Shown here: positions 44,990 to 50,486 of the stretch, one piece after another
Position numbering within the stretch: the stretch's first letter is position 1
How the letters are laid out: each line of letters starts with the position of its first letter
Origin: Klebsormidium nitens
Lineage: Eukaryota > Plantae > Klebsormidiophyceae
Assembly: GCA_000708835.1 (NCBI GenBank)
Contig: DF237284.1
Location: 52,886 to 103,371 of the forward strand
DNA length: 50,486 nt
Direction: 5' to 3'
Made by a program: the position numbers and the translations under genes
The notes under the pieces: model-generated
Databases searched by the model: none
Told to the model about the DNA's origin: nothing
What the model saw: the letters and a program-made list of their open reading frames with translations, nothing else

Positions 44990-47900
44990 TCACTGGACTA
45001 ATAATGAGCACTCCCTTTTCAATACGTTCGGACAACGTTGCAATAAAGTAAGGCCCAACATCTGACGATTGTGAAGATGAGCAACATCGGGCTCAAAGTG
45101 AACCATGGCAGCCTTATTTTGCTTTGGCGACGATTGTGTCGCATCCGGCCGTGCCGTTGTGCTCGTGTATGCATCGACGATGCTCCAGCCAGCCGCTTTG
45201 AAGATTGGTATCACATGCTTGTTAAAGACAGCCACCGTGTACCTGAAAGCAGGGTGACATGAAGGGTTAGTACTTCAAGATATTAGATAGAAGTATCGTT
45301 GCTCAACATTAGGGTTGTTAGGACAACGTTACCACCAAAGCTAAGCTCACTTCGTAAACACTTATCTTCCTCCAAGTAAACGTGGTAGCCATGAGCTTGA
45401 GATGAAAGAATCAACTTCTGTAAAAAAAATTGTTTGCCACCCAATCAGAATTAGAGTATAAACTTATCGCAAGCCCTGTTGTCTAGAGCGACTCCACTTC
45501 GAACTTGTACCTTTCGTAAGGCTGCGATGTAGAAGCCTTGGATGTTCTGAGGTGTTCTAGGGGTGTTCTAGAGGTGATCATGGACCCACATTCCTTGCCA
45601 TGCTCCAGATTGACAGGGTTTTGCTTGAACCAATCTTCATGCTTCTTAGCAGAAGGTCCAGAATCTTTCCTCAGGAGTCAATTAGAGAGAAAATTTTATC
45701 ACCCCTAGAGAAGCAGAAAACTGCTTACCGTGATGTCACGAAGCTTTGCTCCTCTTCTAGAACCGCTTGCCAGTGAGCGTGGTGATTCCCAAACCTATGC
45801 CAGGATGCGGTCGTGGCCCGAAAGATTTTCGGACCAATGAAGCCCACTTCTTCTACCTTGGCTATAACTTGCTTGATGTTACGGATATAAACAATCGATC
45901 TCTCGAGCAGAACCAAATCCATTCAGCTCCCTCCACTCCCTGCACTTTGACAAAAGACTGAGTTGGCTCGTCGGAAAAACGACAGAAGGAAAGCTTTGCT
46001 GACATGCACCTGCGGACTTCGAAAAAGCGGACCAATCTGAATCGCTCAAAAGGAGATGGCCGGGTGCTTGGACTATGCAGTACGATAAAACAGTTGACGG
46101 AGCCGTGGTGTTGGCCCTGGGACGATATCAATGCCCAGGTCGGGCTCAATGACAAGCTTCGCTGGAGCCAAACAATCTGCTCTTTGATCCAAAGTAAACG
46201 GTAGGATCCGGACATTGCAAACAGGTTTCAGCAATCTAAGCTACGACTATGGCACCCCACTCCGCATCTCACTTACAAATCTGAAGAACGAACATTGCAA
46301 AGAACCTTGATTCTGAACTTTCTGTTGGTCTGCCCGAGAATCTCCAAGTATACTTACCTCCCAACGGGGTTGCAGAAATGGTTTAGATCGTGGAGGCCGG
46401 CGTTGAACCATATAGCCGCAGCACCGTTTGCGTCCTCAAAGTGAATAGCTGCTGACTCAAATGCCGCGCTTGCGTTCGCTATCTTTACTGGTAAACCCCC
46501 ATGTAAAGAGGTGTACTCTAGCTCAAGCCAACGACCACACTGACCGGTGCTGTTGTAGTGTTTCTGGAGCTCCCGCGTTTGCATTGCCATCACAGAGTCC
46601 CCAAGTAAGAAAAGCTGCAAGAAGAACGGGAGAAATTGTTCCGGCACATCTTGGATTTGAAAAAATGAGGTCCTTGAGGAACCAACCGTAGAATGGTACG
46701 ACTGTCGCCGTTGCTCGTCCAGGGCCAAAGCCAAGACTTTCTGGATTGACAACCAGCGGCAAGTCCGACTTTTAGAAACAAAGACTGTCTTGAGAACCAA
46801 CAGCAATCTCTCTCATCCCCGCGACTAAACTGTGAGGACCTCCGCTGCCATGCCAGAAGTTAGTTTGCACCCGTGTGACCTGTTCAACCAAATCGAAGAT
46901 GTTCTGAGCATGTTGGTAACATGTTGGACGCTGCTATCGAACATATTGAAGCATCATGGAACTGAATGCATGATAGAGTCCCAAAGGTTATCTGTCATTC
47001 CATCAGGACCAAATCACACGGCATTGACTTAGTTTTGTTGTCCAGCTTTGCAAAAAAGACAAACCGGCTTGAATACCACCTGCGCAAGCAGCAACCAGTG
47101 CTTAGCACTTCACTTTTTTAAGCCCCTTTTTCCAAGTTAACATCTTGCAAACGTTGCCAGCCAGTTGAAGAAAAAAGGTTTCAGGACATCCGGCGCTGAT
47201 ACTCATCCTCCTACTCATGACAAGTATTAAGAAGCCTGTTCGTCTTCGAGCCGGAATACGAAGGCATTGTTTGATCTCGGCTTTTTCTGGGCGACTCGGA
47301 CGTTTTTGCCCACACCGTCTGCCCCTTTTCCCAAACCTGTTCTCCCGAATAACTTGGAACAAGAAGACCTGCACATGAAAATAAGAGATTGCAAAGAGGT
47401 TGCAGAGACCTTACCTTGAACTTGTGCTCACCGTAGCACTGCTTGAAGGTCGTTTCGTTCATGCACTCCCATACGGGGAGCCGGCATCCTAGAGGTTGCC
47501 ACGTGTATGTAGCGTTTAGAAAACTGACACGTGTTGTTGTAGCATCGGCTTCAGGAACGCTGGATGGGGCCGGCCTTTCGAGTACCCACCTCCCTCTGGG
47601 CCCGCCAATGTCGTCTCCTTCGCAGAGGCGGAGAGAACTTTGAGAAGGCCGAGAAGGCCCTGTGACAGCGACCGTGAAAGGACTGCCCTTGATCTCCTTA
47701 CCCTCGAAGTATGTTTGCTGCAACAATGGAAGGACCGTGTCACTAGTCAAGTAAGATGGGTCGCTTAACTCATGAGTATCTCTGACGTGATGTCCTCTGT
47801 CAGAGGTGACGTACTCGAAAGTGACAGGGTTTGCTGATGAAAGAGGGTTTTTGACGTTGAAACTCAACGATATATGCAGCAAGATGCTACCTTACAGTTG

Positions 47901-49814
47901 CTTACTCTTCCATTTTCCAATGTTCATCCGCTTCCCGCATCACTGCTGTAGCGGCCGTACTTTCCACGAAACTTTTCGAGGAGTCTTAAATGCTATTCAT
48001 GGTAATCTGAGGCTTGCCACGTTAGAGAATAACGCAATAAGGGAGAAATGCACCCCAGGAGATACAGGAACCAATCACCGTTTTACTCGTTGATGACTTG
48101 TCTGAGACCTGTCTGCACCTTAGACTCAGTCAACATAGCTGCCTTGGATCGGGGAACCGAACGTTCAAAGAGACAGAATTGGAGACCAAAACATGGAGGC
48201 AAGAATGTTGCTGGCTAACAGTGCAATTCCTCCATGTTGAAGTCACCTACTTGTGAGAGAAAGTTCGGGTCTCCCTCGCCGAAGGGGGTTGCGAAGTCAA
48301 CTGCGACTTGCAAGGTGTAAATTCCTGGGTCGTAGACTTCATAATAAACCCGAAAAATGGTGCGGTTGACTCGCTCTGAGTAGCCAGGCACGATTGTTGG
48401 CCCCACCAGCCTTATGGAAAAACATCGTCGTTGTGTTCTCCGTAAGGTCGATCGCCTGCAATAAATCACACGTTGTCTGAAAAGCGTGCTGGAAAGGGCA
48501 AGTTTAGTACACACAGTGGGTGCACGATAGCACCACCCAAAGCTTAAAGCATCAACAAAGCGAAACCACTTCTCGGTCACGTGGACGGTTAAACTCTACT
48601 GTGCAATTTCAATGCATCAATTCAAGCCACTCGTTAGTATATAGATGCGGCTAGCAAAACCTGCTCCACGTGCAACCGTTCTGTACAGGTGAAAGGCTTA
48701 CCTGATATTGGGCACATATAGGGTCGATCTTGATCAGAAACTCCGTCTCCTGATTTGTTGTTGCTTGAGAGGCTCCATCACCGGAGGCTGTGATGCAACT
48801 CGCTAAAACACCATGTTGAAGCCTGCCTGATCGCGACACACACGGCATCTCCCCGGGAATGTAGCTGCCTGCGGTCGTTGGAATCGCATACAATCTATCC
48901 ACTGCGTCCAAAGGATACGCTCTCTCTGTAGTTTGGTTCCTGCAAAGGTAGAGCTGAGATCAGCAACTGGCTTCTCGTAGCAAAAGTAACTAAAGTACCT
49001 TACCTACAGGCCTAGGTTTCTCGGTGGGTTGGAGTGCCTTTTGTTTAGGCATCTTGGCAGCCAGTATTACTGCCCTCTTTGTATTGTAAAAGTCGAAAGG
49101 TGCCAGATATGAGTCAAATCGCCACGCTGCACTTTCAAAAGATCAGTATACAAGTCAGCTTGTACTAAAAGTGTCTGAAGCATCAGGCTTTAAAGCATTT
49201 GCATCTGAGATATGATCATCAAGTGCCACAGAAAGCTGGTGATTGGATCGGAAATCGAGAGATGGTGCATAGGCGTCTTCCCGCACTTTAGAGTAAGAGT
49301 AATGAAACAACTGGCCGTGCTTTTATGCAGGCTCTACAGATCAGCAAGCGGCAAGGTGTTGCTGATACAATCCGTGCTGCAATCATTTTTCCACCTCAAG
49401 CTGATTCAGTACTGGGTTGATTGAGAAGAACTATATCAGACAGTCAGCACATGGACAGAGGAAACATAGTACGCTACCCCAGGAACAAACAGTCGATGTG
49501 TACTCAAAATTAGGAGACAAATTTTGAACCTAGTAAGTAACGTTGGGCAAATTCATCCTTGGCAGCATTTGAAGCCTTGTCTGGGGAACCAGAATCTGCA
49601 TCAGAAATGTCCTTTTTAGCAGCCTCATACCACCGATGGAAGCGAGTACTTGCCTTGAAACTGGGTCGCCACAGAAGTTGGGTGTCAGAAGCCTTGTTAC
49701 GCCAGAATGTGGCCCATCATTGACCAGTAGAAACGCCAGACATGCTGCCAGTGCTGCCAGCAGGATGGACATAAGAGCAAGTCTCCCGCACACATTCTTC
49801 CAAGCACTGGACAC
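44990..49814 (-). CDS. Type II membrane SGNH/PC-esterase-like protein (NXPE/TBL-related) with a filamin/Ig-like domain. Clear exons include ~48430-48250, 47717-47415, 46614-46358, ~45900-45727, ~45240-44990; 5' exons only partly resolved
   Basis: N-terminal signal anchor (LALMSILLAALAACLAFLLV). YTLQVAVDF...IKGSPFTVAV Ig-like strands. C...GRW...YTWQPLGC.L, LFLLGDSV, WFNAGLHD, IFRATT and C-terminal MVHF are SGNH blocks. Confidence 0.7.
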
Positions 49815-50215
49815 ATGCGAAGCTCTTTGTTTGTGCTGTTCGTGGCCTCATTCTAACAGCTAAATAGCTTTTGATGGCCAAAGAGTGTTCACTAATTAGC
49901 TGCTCACAAACTGCAGAGCGCCGGTTGTAGTCAACTAAAGCACCACAACGTCATCAGTCTTCCCAAAGGGCCGCCAGGAACCACGAACTGAACCTCCAGG
50001 TGTTCCTGGTTAGTTCAAGTGGTTGTAAAGATCCCATGCAACCTCCATAATGGAGCTTGTCCCCTGAACTTGACCCTGAACTTGAAGTTGAAGGCTGCTG
50101 TCTGAAGAGACTCTGCGAAACGACGCATGCCTGTCTCACAGCTCAGCATTGGTCTGGCCGTTTCTGTTTCTTGCCTTGACGGTTGTTGTAACCAATGTGT
50201 TTCAGCTCTTTGGGC

Positions 50216-50233
50216 TTTTTTTTTTTTTTTTTT
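50216..50233. repeat. T18 homopolymer upstream of the PC-esterase gene
   Basis: 18 consecutive T residues. Confidence 0.9.
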
Positions 50234-50486
50234 AAAATGGGTCGGCAACGCCAACAGTCCGAAGATATAAGAGTCCGGTCTCGGTCTAGGATCCTCCTAC
50301 CCTAGACAAACTCTCTACATTGACCATCCCGTTGTCAAAAAGCGCACTTTAACTAGGTACATTTCGGGGTCCCGAACTTTCCGCTGGCTGGGGCTGGCAC
50401 CGTCCGATGAGTGCCACGTATAGGGACCGAGTCCAAGTCTGTCAGAATTGCACTTGTACACTGCGGCAGTACTTTCTCCGTCGAGT

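Noticed and set aside
4042-49814. GT2, nucleotide-sugar transporter and PC-esterase as a glycan biosynthetic gene cluster
   Set aside because: They are separated by 20 kb or more and by unrelated genes (GPA1, ARM, DNAAF9). Chance co-location is plausible.

Overview
Intron-rich eukaryotic nuclear DNA. Its plant-type genes (GPA1-type G-alpha, DUF760, CSTLP) sit beside a motile-cilia gene (DNAAF9), which suggests a flagellated streptophyte alga, Klebsormidium-like (inference). I could assemble eight protein-coding loci by hand: an orphan NLS/Pro-Gln-rich ORF (+), a GT2 glycosyltransferase (-), a DUF760 plastid protein (+), a ~17-repeat ARM protein with an N-terminal MGGSSS motif, a 1-nt frameshift and an unrecognised hydrophobic C-terminal domain (-), G-protein alpha (-), a CMP-sialic-acid-transporter-like nucleotide-sugar transporter (+), a small coiled-coil protein (-) and DNAAF9/Shulin (+). 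A ninth, a PC-esterase/SGNH protein with an Ig-like domain (-), is only partly resolved. No rRNA, tRNA, CRISPR or intact transposon was seen. The most striking signal: long introns of two unrelated genes (DUF760, DNAAF9) contain head-to-tail arrays of degenerate copies of their own exon-intron junctions. Units are about 125-203 bp (hand-computed mean about 167 bp), most keep the AG or GT splice dinucleotide, and several differ from the real exon mainly at synonymous or third-codon positions although they cannot form complete exons. Exon boundaries come from reading frame, GT/AG signals and remembered family motifs, not from alignments or transcript data.
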